From: an uncultured Candidatus Saccharibacteria bacterium
GTDB taxonomy: Bacteria > Patescibacteriota > Minisyncoccia > Phycocordibacterales > UBA12445
Assembly: GCA_964531375.1 (NCBI GenBank)
Contig: CAZHDO010000001.1
Coordinates: 196,861-260,860, forward strand
Direction: 5' to 3'
DNA: 64,000 bases
Below, in pieces: positions 27,571-37,968 of this stretch. The position numbers and the translations under genes were made by a program. Under the pieces are notes generated by a model. That model was given only the letters and a program-made list of their open reading frames with translations, ran no database searches and was not told the origin of the DNA. Position 1 is the first letter of the stretch; every line of letters starts with the position of its first letter.

Positions 27571-28068
27571 ATGGATTACTTAAATTTAATAGATCAACAG
27601 ACTCTAGTTGTTTTTATTCAGTTGATCATAGCTACTTTTTTGGGAATGATGTTGGGGGTTGAAAGAACTGTTGCTAACAAAACTGCGGGAATGAGAACAT
27701 ATGCACTAATAAGTATGGGTTCTGCTCTTTTTGTTATAATTTCTAAAATGGCATCCGTCTTGTTAATTAATTTCCCCTCGGTAAATCCTTTGTATATTCC
27801 AGCTCAAATTGTAGTTGGGATAGGTTTTATTGGTGCTGGTCTTATTTTTGTACACGGAAATACTGTAAACGGTCTTACGACTGCGGCAGGTTTGTGGGTG
27901 GCAGCAGGGATAGGTATGGCTGTGGGTTTTGAATTTTATAGTATTGCTATTTTTGTAACGATATTAACTTTATTTATCTTTTTGGTTTTGTTTCAAGTTG
28001 AAGATAAAATTAAACACATTGCTGGTGTTGGTAACAATGAAAATTATCCGGAATCTGTTGGGAAATAA
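27571..28068 (+). CDS. MgtC/SapB family membrane protein
   Basis: GVER...AGMRTY, QIVVGIGFIGAG, GLTTAAGLW. Confidence 0.92.
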   Translation: MDYLNLIDQQTLVVFIQLIIATFLGMMLGVERTVANKTAGMRTYALISMGSALFVIISKMASVLLINFPSVNPLYIPAQIVVGIGFIGAGLIFVHGNTVNGLTTAAGLWVAAGIGMAVGFEFYSIAIFVTILTLFIFLVLFQVEDKIKHIAGVGNNENYPESVGK

Positions 28069-28071
28069 TTT

Positions 28072-31000
28072 TTATTTACTTAGCTCTTTTACTGCATCCG
28101 CGATTACGCTTACGGAATCGTTTCTTAAAGATAGGGCGCCCTTGATTGCAACTATTTTGTCTGGTAAAAGAATATCTTTGAACTGAGCTAGTGTTTTTGG
28201 GAAAACAACAATTTCCATTGAGTCAGAAAAATCGCTTATTTTAACGAAAGCCATTTGCTCGTTCTTCTTTGTGGTTATGTTTTTGATTTCGTTTATTATT
28301 CCGGCCACAACGACAGGTTTTCCATTGCCCAATTTTTTAATATACTGAATGGTGTTTTCTTGTTTCTTGAATTTTTCTTCAAAAGCTTGAAGTGGGTGTC
28401 CAGACAAATAGAGACCTAGTAATTCCTTTTCCCAGTCGAGTCTTTCTTTTAGCGTTGCTGGTGGGAAGTCTTTTAATTTAAAATCAGGGGCACTGCTTTT
28501 GTCTGTTAAGAGACCAAAGAGGGAAGCTTGTGCACCGTTATCTTTCGAAAGCTCTTTGTTATAAGAAAGAGCGTTGTCCATGTTTTGAAGCAACATACCC
28601 CTTTCACCAAAGCTGTCCATTGCGCCCCCCTTAACAAGTGCCTCGAGTGATTTTTTATTTAAGTTTCGATGCTTTACCCTAGAAAGAAAATCGCCATATG
28701 TTTTAAACGGTCCATTGTTTTTTCTCTCCTCAATTATAAAGTTACCAATTTCTGTTCCAAGATTTTTAATTGCATTAAGACCAAAGCGAATCATGTCTTT
28801 GTTCTTTCCGGTGCCATCTTTTTTTATCACGGTAAAACTGATAAAACTTTCATTTACATTTGGTGGTAGAACAGGTGTTCCCATTCTGTTGCATTCATTT
28901 ATGATTTCTCCAATTTTCTCAATGTCGTCAGATTCTGCTGTTAAAACCGCCGCCATGTATTCAGCTGGGTAGTTTGCTTTCATGTATGCAGTTTGGTACG
29001 CGACTCTTCCGTAGCTTGCGGCGTGGGCTTTGTTGAATCCATAAGCAGCAAATGGTTCAATGAGTGTCCATAGTTCTTGAGATTTAGCCTCACTCAATCC
29101 GTTTTTAACAAAACCAGTAAGAAGTTTTTCTTTTTGGGCGGCCATCTCTTCTGGGATTTTTTTACCCATAGCTTTTCTTAACTTGTCAGCTTCAAGCCAC
29201 GAATATCCAGCAAGTTTTATAGCAATTAACATGACATCGTCCTGGTAGGTAATAACACCGAAAGATTTATCAAGAATGGTTTCTAGTCTCTTGTCCATAA
29301 ACTTAACCAATTTTGGGTTATGTTTTCTTTCGATATACATCGGAATGGATTCGATAGGGCCTGGACGATAGAGTGCCACCATCGCGTTTATGTCGTGTAT
29401 GGTGCTTGGTCTGAGCTCTTTGAGGTATTTAGTCATTCCATCGCCGTTCAGTTGAAATAGGCCCATTGTCTCTCCTTTGGCAAGCATTTCAAAAGTCTTC
29501 TTGTCATCCATCGGCATGTTGTCTATGTCGACAAAAATTCCCAAATGCTCTTTAACTAATCGGACCGCATCTCCCAGGATTGCCAGGTTTCTTATACCAA
29601 GGAAGTCAAACTTAAGAAGTCCCATATCCTCAACGACGTGCATGTCATATTGGGTGATGACTTTATTTCCACGAGGTTCTAGCTGTAATGGCGTCCATTC
29701 GATAAGTGGTGTTGGTGCGATGACGACCCCAGCAGCGTGTACGCTGCAGTGTCTTACTGTACCCTCAATTTTCATTGCTAGGTCTAAAATTTCTTTTGCA
29801 TCTTTTTCTTCGTCATAAATCTTTTTAAGTTCAGGAACTTCAACCATCGCTTTCTTGATTGTCATGGGAAAACCTTGCGCGCCCATCGGAATTAATTTTG
29901 AAAGCCTATCTCCGACCTCATAAGGGAAGGCGAGTGCGCGTGCGACGTCTCTTACTGAGCCACGTGCCATCATAGTTCCAAAAGTTCCTATCTGAGCAAC
30001 TTTGTCTGCGCCATATTTTTGTTTGGCATATTCAATAACCTCGTCGCGTCTATTGTCGGCGTAGTCCATGTCGATGTCGGGAGCTGATGGTCTTTCTGGG
30101 TTTAAGAATCTTTCAAATGGTAATCCAAATACAAGCGGATCGACGTTTGTAATAAAGTTTAAATAAGTAACAATAGAACCTGCGACTGAACCTCTAATGT
30201 TTGTAAGAATATCTTTACTTCTGGCAAAACGAAGAAGGTCCGCCACTACAAGAAAATATGGAGAATAACCCTTATCTTTAATAATTTTTAATTCATATTC
30301 GATTCTATTTGTAATCTCGGTTGTGGGTTCAAGACCTCTTCTTTTAATGCCCTCAAAAGTTAATTTTCTTAATTCTTCATCTGCTGTCAATCCTTCTGTA
30401 ATTTCAATTTTTGGGAAAACCCAATTACCGAAAGTAAGATTTAAATCAACCATTTCTCCTATTTTAACTGTACTTTCTAGAGCCGAGGTGTTTTCTTTAA
30501 AAAGCTCATTCGCTTCTTCTGTACTTACAAAAGAAAAGTCTTCGACTATGTTAGACATACGATCTTCATCTGTGATGTCGGTGTTTGTCTGTATTGCAAC
30601 AAGAGTGTCGTGCGCCTTGTTATCATCATGTCTTAGGTAGTGTGAGTCTTGGGTTCCCACCAGCGGTATATTTAGTTCCTTTGAAAGTTTTACTAGTTCA
30701 TCTCTAATTTCCAAAAATCTTTCGAGCTTTGGGTGGTGCATTATTTCTATAAAATAATTTTCCTTTCCAAAGATGTCCTGATATTCAAGAGCAAGAAGTT
30801 TTGCTTTTTCATAATCTTTATTCCATAGCGCCTGAGAAAGCTCGCCACCAAGACACCCAGAAAGACAAATTACACCCTTGTGACAGTCGCGTAGTAATTG
30901 CTTGTCCATTCTTGGTTTATAGTAATAACCCTCGAGATTTGAGAGCGTTACCATTTTTACAATATTATTGTAACCGTCTTTGTCTTTTGCGAGTAACGTA

Positions 31001-31266
31001 AGGTGATATCTTTTATTGTCTAAGTTTGGTCTTTTATCAAAGCGTGTATTGTTTGCAATATATGCTTCAACCCCAATTATTGGTTTTATGCCTTCCTTTT
31101 TTGCTTTTTGATAGAACTCAATGGCACCATACATGTTTCCGTGATCAGTGATTGCAATTGCTGGCATTTCTTCTTTCTTTGCAAACTTTATAATTTCGCT
31201 CGGCTTAGAAAGACCATCAAGTAGGGAGTAATGCGTATGTGTGTGTAGGTGGACAAATTTATTCAT
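28072..31266 (-). CDS. dnaE: DNA polymerase III alpha subunit
   Basis: PHP HLHTHTHYSLLDG, RGSVAGS, PDIDMD, KFDFLG, YGFNKAH, C-terminal OB fold. Confidence 0.97.
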   Translation of the reverse strand: MNKFVHLHTHTHYSLLDGLSKPSEIIKFAKKEEMPAIAITDHGNMYGAIEFYQKAKKEGIKPIIGVEAYIANNTRFDKRPNLDNKRYHLTLLAKDKDGYNNIVKMVTLSNLEGYYYKPRMDKQLLRDCHKGVICLSGCLGGELSQALWNKDYEKAKLLALEYQDIFGKENYFIEIMHHPKLERFLEIRDELVKLSKELNIPLVGTQDSHYLRHDDNKAHDTLVAIQTNTDITDEDRMSNIVEDFSFVSTEEANELFKENTSALESTVKIGEMVDLNLTFGNWVFPKIEITEGLTADEELRKLTFEGIKRRGLEPTTEITNRIEYELKIIKDKGYSPYFLVVADLLRFARSKDILTNIRGSVAGSIVTYLNFITNVDPLVFGLPFERFLNPERPSAPDIDMDYADNRRDEVIEYAKQKYGADKVAQIGTFGTMMARGSVRDVARALAFPYEVGDRLSKLIPMGAQGFPMTIKKAMVEVPELKKIYDEEKDAKEILDLAMKIEGTVRHCSVHAAGVVIAPTPLIEWTPLQLEPRGNKVITQYDMHVVEDMGLLKFDFLGIRNLAILGDAVRLVKEHLGIFVDIDNMPMDDKKTFEMLAKGETMGLFQLNGDGMTKYLKELRPSTIHDINAMVALYRPGPIESIPMYIERKHNPKLVKFMDKRLETILDKSFGVITYQDDVMLIAIKLAGYSWLEADKLRKAMGKKIPEEMAAQKEKLLTGFVKNGLSEAKSQELWTLIEPFAAYGFNKAHAASYGRVAYQTAYMKANYPAEYMAAVLTAESDDIEKIGEIINECNRMGTPVLPPNVNESFISFTVIKKDGTGKNKDMIRFGLNAIKNLGTEIGNFIIEERKNNGPFKTYGDFLSRVKHRNLNKKSLEALVKGGAMDSFGERGMLLQNMDNALSYNKELSKDNGAQASLFGLLTDKSSAPDFKLKDFPPATLKERLDWEKELLGLYLSGHPLQAFEEKFKKQENTIQYIKKLGNGKPVVVAGIINEIKNITTKKNEQMAFVKISDFSDSMEIVVFPKTLAQFKDILLPDKIVAIKGALSLRNDSVSVIADAVKELSK

Positions 31267-31423
31267 GAAAATTTATTATCGTTGCCATTATACCAGGTGA
31301 ATATATTTATATAAGGGTTGATAAAATAAGTTTTTTGTTTTAAAAAATAAAAATCAATATTTAGTAATATTTAATTAATTTTAATAGCTGGATATATTAT
31401 TTTTTGCTGGTATAATCGAATTA

Positions 31424-31912
31424 ATGGAAAATAAAGAATGGAGTTTTCGTAAAAAAATTAGAACAGTCTTAATTACAGCTCTTTCGATTTTATCTTTAGA
31501 TGCTGGCCCTGCTGTTGCGCAAATTAAAGAACGAGCGACCGGTAAAAACAATAAAATTGAGGAAGTATCAGGATTTGATATTGAAAATGGAAAGAAAAAT
31601 TTAAGAATAATTTTTCAGAGTATTTGTCGTGATCGAATTGATCGAGATGGTGACGATTTACTCGTGCATCTAGGTGGACCAGATGGTTTTTTTAGGCTTA
31701 GGCCTGCTTTATTAAAAGAACTTGTTATAATTTGTGATAAAAAAACTGGAGATAATCCTGTTTTGCTAAAAAATCTAAAAATAATTGTTATAGATAAAAT
31801 ACTAACTGTGAGTGAAAAAATAAAAGAAAATGAGTTAACTCAAAAATTTTTAGAAATTAAGAAAAGTGCTGAGCAGGCGACAAGCGATATGAAGCAACCT
31901 ATTATTCAATAA
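31424..31912 (+). CDS. Hypothetical protein with a signal-peptide-like N-terminus
   Basis: Basic then hydrophobic N-terminus with AVA-Q; TATAAT lies 7 nt before the ATG. Confidence 0.7.
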   Translation: MENKEWSFRKKIRTVLITALSILSLDAGPAVAQIKERATGKNNKIEEVSGFDIENGKKNLRIIFQSICRDRIDRDGDDLLVHLGGPDGFFRLRPALLKELVIICDKKTGDNPVLLKNLKIIVIDKILTVSEKIKENELTQKFLEIKKSAEQATSDMKQPIIQ

Positions 31913-31917
31913 AACAA

Positions 31918-32721
31918 ATGAAAATTGGAGTTTTTGATTCAGGTCTGGGAGGATTAATTATTTTTAAGGAGCTTATAAAGAAGTTTCCATTACACGATTT
32001 TGTGTATTTGGGCGATGTTAAAAGATTGCCTTATGGAAGTCGTTCTGACGAAACTATTTTTGAGTACACAAAGCAGGCTGTCGAATATTTATTTGAAAAA
32101 AGAAATTGTAAGTTAATAATTTTGGCTTGTAATACAGCATCGGCACGCGCACTTCGAAGAATTCAGCAAGAATTACTTCCAATTAGGTACCCCGATAGGC
32201 GAGTGCTTGGCGTAATTATTCCGACTGTTGAAGATATTGTGGTCTTAAGTCCTTCTGTTGTTGGCGTCTTGGCGACTTCAGCTACAGTGAGATCTGGCGT
32301 TTATAAAACGGAGTTAAATAAATTAAATAAAAAAATAAAAGTTTTTGAAAAATCAGCGCCTTCCTTGGTGACATTAATTGAAAATGATGAAATTAATTTT
32401 ATTGAACCAATTTTAAAAAATTATCTTAGTTTCTTTTTAAATAAAAAAATAGACACTCTTGTTCTTGGGTGTACACACTACCCAGTATTAAAAAAACAAA
32501 TAAAAAAAATAATAGGAAATAAAATAAAAATTATTTCACAAGAAGAGATTATTCCAAGAAAATTGAAAGATTATTTATTAAGACACCAAGAAATAGAAAA
32601 AGAAATAACTAAGAATGGTGATAGGCAGGTTTTGGTTACAGAGATTACCGATGCTTTTGGTAAACTATCAAAAAAATGGTTAAAAAATAATACTATTTTA
32701 GAAAAAGTCGTTTTAGAATGA
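31918..32721 (+). CDS. murI: Glutamate racemase
   Basis: FDSGLGG, PYG, ACNTAS, LGCTHYP. Confidence 0.96.
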   Translation: MKIGVFDSGLGGLIIFKELIKKFPLHDFVYLGDVKRLPYGSRSDETIFEYTKQAVEYLFEKRNCKLIILACNTASARALRRIQQELLPIRYPDRRVLGVIIPTVEDIVVLSPSVVGVLATSATVRSGVYKTELNKLNKKIKVFEKSAPSLVTLIENDEINFIEPILKNYLSFFLNKKIDTLVLGCTHYPVLKKQIKKIIGNKIKIISQEEIIPRKLKDYLLRHQEIEKEITKNGDRQVLVTEITDAFGKLSKKWLKNNTILEKVVLE

Positions 32722-33311
32722 TAAATAAAATTGAGCGATTTATTGGTATAGACGAAGTTGGAAGAGGTCCGCTCGCCGGGCCAATTACTTTATGTGCAAT
32801 GTCTTTTTCTTCAAGAAATTTGGAGATTTTTAATGGAATTAAGGACTCAAAAAAACTTACAGAAAAAAGTAGAAATGAATGGTATGGAAAAATACATGAA
32901 GAAAAAAATATTGGTAGAATAAATTTTTCTATTTCTTCTGCAAGTAACTTTGATATTGATAAATTTGGTTTATCAAAAGTAATTAAATTGGCTATTGAAA
33001 ATATTTTGAAAGAATTAGAATGCGATCCAGCTGGTTCGTTTATTTTATTGGATGGAAGTCTTTATGCTCCTTCGGAATATAAACAGCAAGAGACGATTAT
33101 AAAAGGTGATGAGAAGGAGCAAGTTATTTCAACCGCATCTGTGGTTGCAAAAGTTTATCGTGATTTATTGATGATTGAATATTCGAAAAAATACCCACAA
33201 TATGGTTTTGAAAAACACAAAGGTTATGGAACAAAGGCTCACTATGAGGCTATTAAAAAATATGGAATTTGTGAAATCCACCGTAAAAGTTTTCTTAAGG
33301 ACATTATTTAA
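32718..33311 (+). CDS. rnhB: Ribonuclease HII
   Basis: GIDEVGRGPLAGP, DSKKL, KGD, HKGYGT, HRKSF. Confidence 0.96.
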   Translation: MINKIERFIGIDEVGRGPLAGPITLCAMSFSSRNLEIFNGIKDSKKLTEKSRNEWYGKIHEEKNIGRINFSISSASNFDIDKFGLSKVIKLAIENILKELECDPAGSFILLDGSLYAPSEYKQQETIIKGDEKEQVISTASVVAKVYRDLLMIEYSKKYPQYGFEKHKGYGTKAHYEAIKKYGICEIHRKSFLKDII

Positions 33312-33370
33312 TGCACGCTTCATGTCTTTTTGGTAGAATATAAAATATATTATAAAGATAAGGAACAATA

Positions 33371-33832
33371 ATGGTAAAACCAAGAGAAAACGCTATATCG
33401 TGGGATGAATGTATGATGAGAATCGCAAAGATTATCGCAGAAAGGTCAAAAGACCCGCAAACCCAAGCTGGATCGGTTGTTGTGACTCAAGATAATGTTG
33501 TCGTTGGGGTAGGCTATAACGGTCTTCCTAGGGGCCTTAAAAACGAAGATTTTCCATGGGAAAGAGAAGGGGATTTTTTGAATGTAAAATATTCATATAT
33601 TTGCCATGCGGAGGAAAATGCAATTTATAATTCAAATAGTTCTACAAAAGGTTGTAAAATTTACGCAACACTTTTTCCTTGTAATGAGTGTACAAAAACG
33701 ATAATTCAGAATGGGATTATAGAGGTTGTTTATGAAAGCGATAAATATCATGACACACCGTCTGTAATTGCTTCTAGAAAAATGCTAGATGCGGCTGGAA
33801 TAAAATGTAGACAATATATAAGTAAAAACTAA
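33371..33832 (+). CDS. dCMP deaminase (ComEB-like)
   Basis: RSKDP, GYNG, HAEENAI, PCNEC zinc motif. Confidence 0.92.
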   Translation: MVKPRENAISWDECMMRIAKIIAERSKDPQTQAGSVVVTQDNVVVGVGYNGLPRGLKNEDFPWEREGDFLNVKYSYICHAEENAIYNSNSSTKGCKIYATLFPCNECTKTIIQNGIIEVVYESDKYHDTPSVIASRKMLDAAGIKCRQYISKN

Positions 33833-33842
33833 AATTTAAAAC

Positions 33843-35570
33843 ATGGCATTAGGAAATAATTTTATGATCAATAAAAAAAGCATTATTCTATTTCTAATAT
33901 TCTTTTTATTACCATTTTTTTCTAACGCAGAAGAGCGTATAAATAATTTTGATGTTACTGTTGGGGTAAATAATGACTCAACTATCAATGTTATCGAAAA
34001 TATTAAATATGATTATGATAACCTCCAGAATGGGATTGAGAGACACGGTCTTTATAGGGATATTCCTTATACTTACCAGGCATCGTATGGTACTTTTAAT
34101 TTTGATTTTTCTGATGTAAAAGTTAACACAGATAATTTTGAATCATATGATTATGGGGATTATTTGAGAATAGACACCAATCCAGACCCAGATATCCATG
34201 TTTCAGGTGTCAAAGATTACTCTTTTGAATATAAAGTTGGTGGAGCAGTTGGTTATTTTGAAGATTTTGATGAGATTTATTGGAATTCTACAGGTAATGA
34301 ATGGAACGTTCCAATCGACATTGCTACTGCTAAAATTATCTTACCAAAGCCACTTCCAAAAGATAAAATTAAGGTATCTTGTTACGAAGGCTATTCAGGT
34401 AGCGTAGAAAATTGCACAAGCAATTTTGTTGAAAATAACGGACTTGTAGAAGCGGTGATTTTTTCTGCGACTAGAAATTTGGGCCCACAGGAAGGAATAA
34501 CTGTTGCAGTTGGTTTTCCAAAGGGAATTGTTTATGAACCAACTGCAATGGAGAGAACCACTAAGGCAATAAAGGATAATTTGATTTTTACTCTTCCTGT
34601 TTTTGTATTTCTTATAATGTTTTATCTTTGGTACACAAAGGGGCGTGATCCAAAGGGGAGTGGTGTGATTGTTCCTCAGTATGATGTGCCAGACGGACTT
34701 ATACCGATGGAGATGTCCGTTATTGTTCATCAGAGAGTAAGGAGTGAGGATATTTCTGCTGAGATAATAAACTTGGCAATAAAAGGTTTGATTAAGATAA
34801 ATAAGATAGAAACCCAAGGTATTATTTTTAAAAGCACGGATTATGTTTTTGAATTATTAAATAGACCTTCTGGTGTTAAAATTAGCAAAATTCAAGAAAA
34901 GTTGCTTGATTCTTTATTTGGTATTAAGACAGAGGTCAAGTTATCTGATTTAACAGAAAAATTTTACAAAAAATCTGAAGTAATAATGGAGGAGGTTATT
35001 GATAAGGTCGTTTCCGATGGTTATTATGTTAGTAATCCGCAAGACGCAAGGGCGAAATATGCAATTATTGCGATAATATTGTTTTTTGTATCAATATATT
35101 CATCTATTCTTATTGGTTCAGGTTTTATACTTGTATCAATAATTTCTTTTATAATAATCTTTTCTTTTTCTTTTCTTATGTCAAAAAAGACAGAGAAGGG
35201 AGTCTTGGTCTACGAGTATATTTTAGGATTAAAAGACTATCTGCAAATCGCAGAGAAGGATAGAATTAATTTCCACAACGCTCCAGATAAAAGACCAGAA
35301 ATTTTTGAGAAATTATTACCTTACGCAATGGTGCTCGGCGTAGAAAAAGCTTGGGCTAAAGAATTTGAGGATATCTATACAACTCCACCTAATTGGTATC
35401 ATGACACAAGTGGTGGCAGTTTTAATTCGGTACTTTTTACTAATAGTATGAGTTCATTCAGTTCATATGCCAGCAGTACTCTTACGTCAGCTCCCGGCGG
35501 TCATAGCGGTTCAGGAGGAGGTGGATCGTCTGGGGGTGGGGGCGGTGGAGGAGGGGGAGGGAGCCATTAA
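33843..35570 (+). CDS. DUF2207 family membrane protein
   Basis: HGLYRDIP, EIYWNSTG, LLPYAMVLG and a Gly/Ser-rich C-terminus. Confidence 0.88.
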   Translation: MALGNNFMINKKSIILFLIFFLLPFFSNAEERINNFDVTVGVNNDSTINVIENIKYDYDNLQNGIERHGLYRDIPYTYQASYGTFNFDFSDVKVNTDNFESYDYGDYLRIDTNPDPDIHVSGVKDYSFEYKVGGAVGYFEDFDEIYWNSTGNEWNVPIDIATAKIILPKPLPKDKIKVSCYEGYSGSVENCTSNFVENNGLVEAVIFSATRNLGPQEGITVAVGFPKGIVYEPTAMERTTKAIKDNLIFTLPVFVFLIMFYLWYTKGRDPKGSGVIVPQYDVPDGLIPMEMSVIVHQRVRSEDISAEIINLAIKGLIKINKIETQGIIFKSTDYVFELLNRPSGVKISKIQEKLLDSLFGIKTEVKLSDLTEKFYKKSEVIMEEVIDKVVSDGYYVSNPQDARAKYAIIAIILFFVSIYSSILIGSGFILVSIISFIIIFSFSFLMSKKTEKGVLVYEYILGLKDYLQIAEKDRINFHNAPDKRPEIFEKLLPYAMVLGVEKAWAKEFEDIYTTPPNWYHDTSGGSFNSVLFTNSMSSFSSYASSTLTSAPGGHSGSGGGGSSGGGGGGGGGGSH

Positions 35571-35594
35571 AATAATTACGAATTTAGACTATAC

Positions 35595-35637
35595 AACAAA
35601 CCATTGACTTGAAATAATGTCAATGGTTTGTTATATT
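35595..35637 (+). promoter_or_regulatory. 14-bp inverted repeat overlapping the trmD promoter
   Basis: AACAAACCATTGAC-10 nt-GTCAATGGTTTGTT; TTGAAA-17-TATATT at 35609-35637. Confidence 0.6.
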
Positions 35638-35644
35638 CATATTA

Positions 35645-36286
35645 ATGAACTTTCATGTAATCACATTATTTCCAGAAATGTTTCAGACTTATTTAAATGA
35701 GTCGATTTTAAAGCGTGCAAAAGAAAATGGTTTAATTAATTTTAAAATATACAATCCCCGAGATTATTCTGATGATAAGCACCATAAAGCTGATGACAGG
35801 CCTTATGGCGGGGGGCCGGGGATGGTAATGTATGCCGAACCAATATTAAAAGTTGTGGATGAAATTCGTAATCAAGTTAAAAAAAGTAACGTATTTATTA
35901 TGTCACCTCGTGGTAAGCAGCTCACAAATGAAGTTGCGAAAAATATTGCGAAGGGGAGGGGCGGAATAAAAGATATTATTTTAATATGTGGAAGGTATGA
36001 AGGTATTGATTCTCGCGTTAAGAAAATTTTAAAGGCAGAAGAGATTTCAGTTGGCCCATTCGTTGTGACGGGGGGAGAACTTCCTGCAATGATAATAATT
36101 GATTCAGTCGCAAGGCAAATAAAAGGCGTGTTGGGTAAATTTGAATCTTTGGAAGAAGAAAGAATCTCAAGCGGGGAGATGTATACTCGTCCAGAAGTCT
36201 TAAATTGGAAAGGCAAAAATTATAAAGTTCCGAAAGTTCTTTTGTCTGGAAATCATAAGGATATTGAGGAATACAAGAAGAATTAA
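35645..36286 (+). CDS. trmD: tRNA (guanine37-N1)-methyltransferase
   Basis: TLFPE, DDRPYGGGPGM, CGRYEGID, GGELPA, VPKVLLSGNH. Confidence 0.97.
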   Translation: MNFHVITLFPEMFQTYLNESILKRAKENGLINFKIYNPRDYSDDKHHKADDRPYGGGPGMVMYAEPILKVVDEIRNQVKKSNVFIMSPRGKQLTNEVAKNIAKGRGGIKDIILICGRYEGIDSRVKKILKAEEISVGPFVVTGGELPAMIIIDSVARQIKGVLGKFESLEEERISSGEMYTRPEVLNWKGKNYKVPKVLLSGNHKDIEEYKKN

Positions 36287-36387
36287 AATAATGTTATTTT
36301 TGTCTTTGTGGTAAATTAAAGACAAAATTATCTTTATTTGCTAGTATGTTTTTGGTAAAAATCGTACCTTGAAAGGGGAAAGGATGC

Positions 36388-37239
36388 TTGGAAAACATCG
36401 ATAAATACGGTATTTGGAGGCCAGGAATATTTGAACGGTTTTCGTTTGTTAAGTACGGGGGGTCAACTCGAATATTCAAGAAGTATTTGGGCTTGGACCC
36501 TAATCGACCTGTATTGTCTACTTTTCGAGAGCAAGAAAGGCTCAGCTATCCATTGTGTAAAAAAAGAGTGGCGGCGCGTTTTCTTATTTCGCTTTTGAAA
36601 AAGATTGCACCAGGGGCTGATTCTCACCAGGTTATTAAAACAAAACTGGCTCATGGTAATAAAATCCTTGTTGTGGATCATAATTTCTTTAAATTATCCC
36701 AACAAGAAAAAATCGAGGCTTCTCTTGGTTTTGATGGAATGGTAACAAGTGTGTCGGACGCAACGTTGTTCTTATCTGGAGCCGACTGTCCTCCTGTTGC
36801 CTTCTTTGACCCAATTAATGGAGTAATTGGACTAGTTCATTCCGGCTGGAGAGGAACAGTTGCTCGGATTTCTTCCGAATGTGTCAAGATGATGCAAAGG
36901 AATTTTGGCACAGAAGCAAAGCACCTTGTTGTTTCAGTTGGCCCCTCAATTGCCAAAAATGAATTTGAGGTTGGCGGTGATGTTTTTACTGCTTTCAAAA
37001 ACAACGGGTATGCTGAGGATGATCTAAAAAAATACTTTTGGCCGATTTCTCTCCAGAAGTGGTTGTTAGACCTCCCTTTGGTTATAAAAGATCAAGTAAT
37101 CGAGGCAGGTGTTTTGGCGAAGAATATTGAGTGTTCTTCTTTTACAACCAGCGGAAACAGTAATGTTTTTGCCTCCGCAAGGGTCTCTGGGGGTGTTGAG
37201 AAGATTGATTCTAATTTTTTTCTCCTCTCTCTTGTTTGA
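36388..37239 (+). CDS. YfiH/PgeF (laccase-like, polyphenol oxidase family) protein
   Basis: DGMVT, GADCPPV, HSGWRG, VGPSI, FEVG motifs; TTG start with SD-like GAAAGG. Confidence 0.88.
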   Translation: MENIDKYGIWRPGIFERFSFVKYGGSTRIFKKYLGLDPNRPVLSTFREQERLSYPLCKKRVAARFLISLLKKIAPGADSHQVIKTKLAHGNKILVVDHNFFKLSQQEKIEASLGFDGMVTSVSDATLFLSGADCPPVAFFDPINGVIGLVHSGWRGTVARISSECVKMMQRNFGTEAKHLVVSVGPSIAKNEFEVGGDVFTAFKNNGYAEDDLKKYFWPISLQKWLLDLPLVIKDQVIEAGVLAKNIECSSFTTSGNSNVFASARVSGGVEKIDSNFFLLSLV

Positions 37240-37245
37240 TCATTG

Positions 37246-37278
37246 GGCGTGCTGTGGCTTTCCGCAAGCACGCCTTTT
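37246..37278 (+). terminator. Intrinsic terminator
   Basis: GGCGTGCT...AGCACGCC followed by a T tract. Confidence 0.7.
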
Positions 37279-37341
37279 TCTTTTCTTAAAAAATATAATT
37301 GCTATACTTAAATAATTGGTTTTAATAGTTAATAACACAAT

Positions 37342-37896
37342 ATGAAAGTAATTGGTGTAACTGGAACAAATGCATCTGGAAAGGATGCTGTGGCTGAATA
37401 TTTGAATAAAAAATATGGATATAAGAATTATTCTCTTTCAAACGAAATTAGGTTTGAATTAACAAAATTGGGACTAGAACACTCAAGAGAGAACTTGATT
37501 ATGAAGGGAAATCAAATAAGGGAGAATTTTGACGCAAATGAGTTGGCTATAAGGGCTATCAATAGAATTATAAGCGACGGTATCAGTGAGGTTATCGTAA
37601 CAAGTATAAGAAATCCGGCGGAAATTATAGAATTAAAAAATAATTTTAAGGATTTTAGAATGATATTTGTTGATGCGCCAGTTGCCATAAGATATGAGAG
37701 GTCTCAGAAGAGGGGAAGAATGGGCGACGGAGAAAGTTTAGAGGAATTTATTGAAAAAGAAAGCAGAGAGTTGGATGCAGGTGAAAAAGGACAAAGATTA
37801 ATTGCTTGTAGTAAACTTGCTGATTTTAAAATTTCGAACGATAAAGATTTGAAACATCTTGAAGACGAGATAGAAAAAATAATTTCGCAAATATAA
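37342..37896 (+). CDS. P-loop nucleotide kinase (dephospho-CoA/dNMP kinase-like)
   Basis: IGVTGTNASGKD Walker A, SIRNPAE, VDAP...RYER...RGR, ADFKISND. Confidence 0.82.
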   Translation: MKVIGVTGTNASGKDAVAEYLNKKYGYKNYSLSNEIRFELTKLGLEHSRENLIMKGNQIRENFDANELAIRAINRIISDGISEVIVTSIRNPAEIIELKNNFKDFRMIFVDAPVAIRYERSQKRGRMGDGESLEEFIEKESRELDAGEKGQRLIACSKLADFKISNDKDLKHLEDEIEKIISQI

Positions 37897-37901
37897 AATA
37901 A

Positions 37902-37935
37902 TTTAAAACCCACTAAAAATAAAGTGGGTTTTAAA
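37902..37935. terminator. Terminator hairpin at the end of the + strand block
   Basis: TTTAAAACCCACT-AAAAATAA-AGTGGGTTTTAAA. Confidence 0.7.
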
Positions 37936-37968
37936 TTGGTGGGGAGTGTAAGGTTTAAAATACATATC

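Noticed and set aside
31918-32721. Alternative genetic code (UGA=Gly, as in Gracilibacteria)
   Set aside because: Core genes are full length in code 11, and murI ends at TGA at the expected position.
35495-35567. G-rich tract as a G-quadruplex or repeat element
   Set aside because: Explained by the Gly-rich C-terminus typical of DUF2207 proteins.
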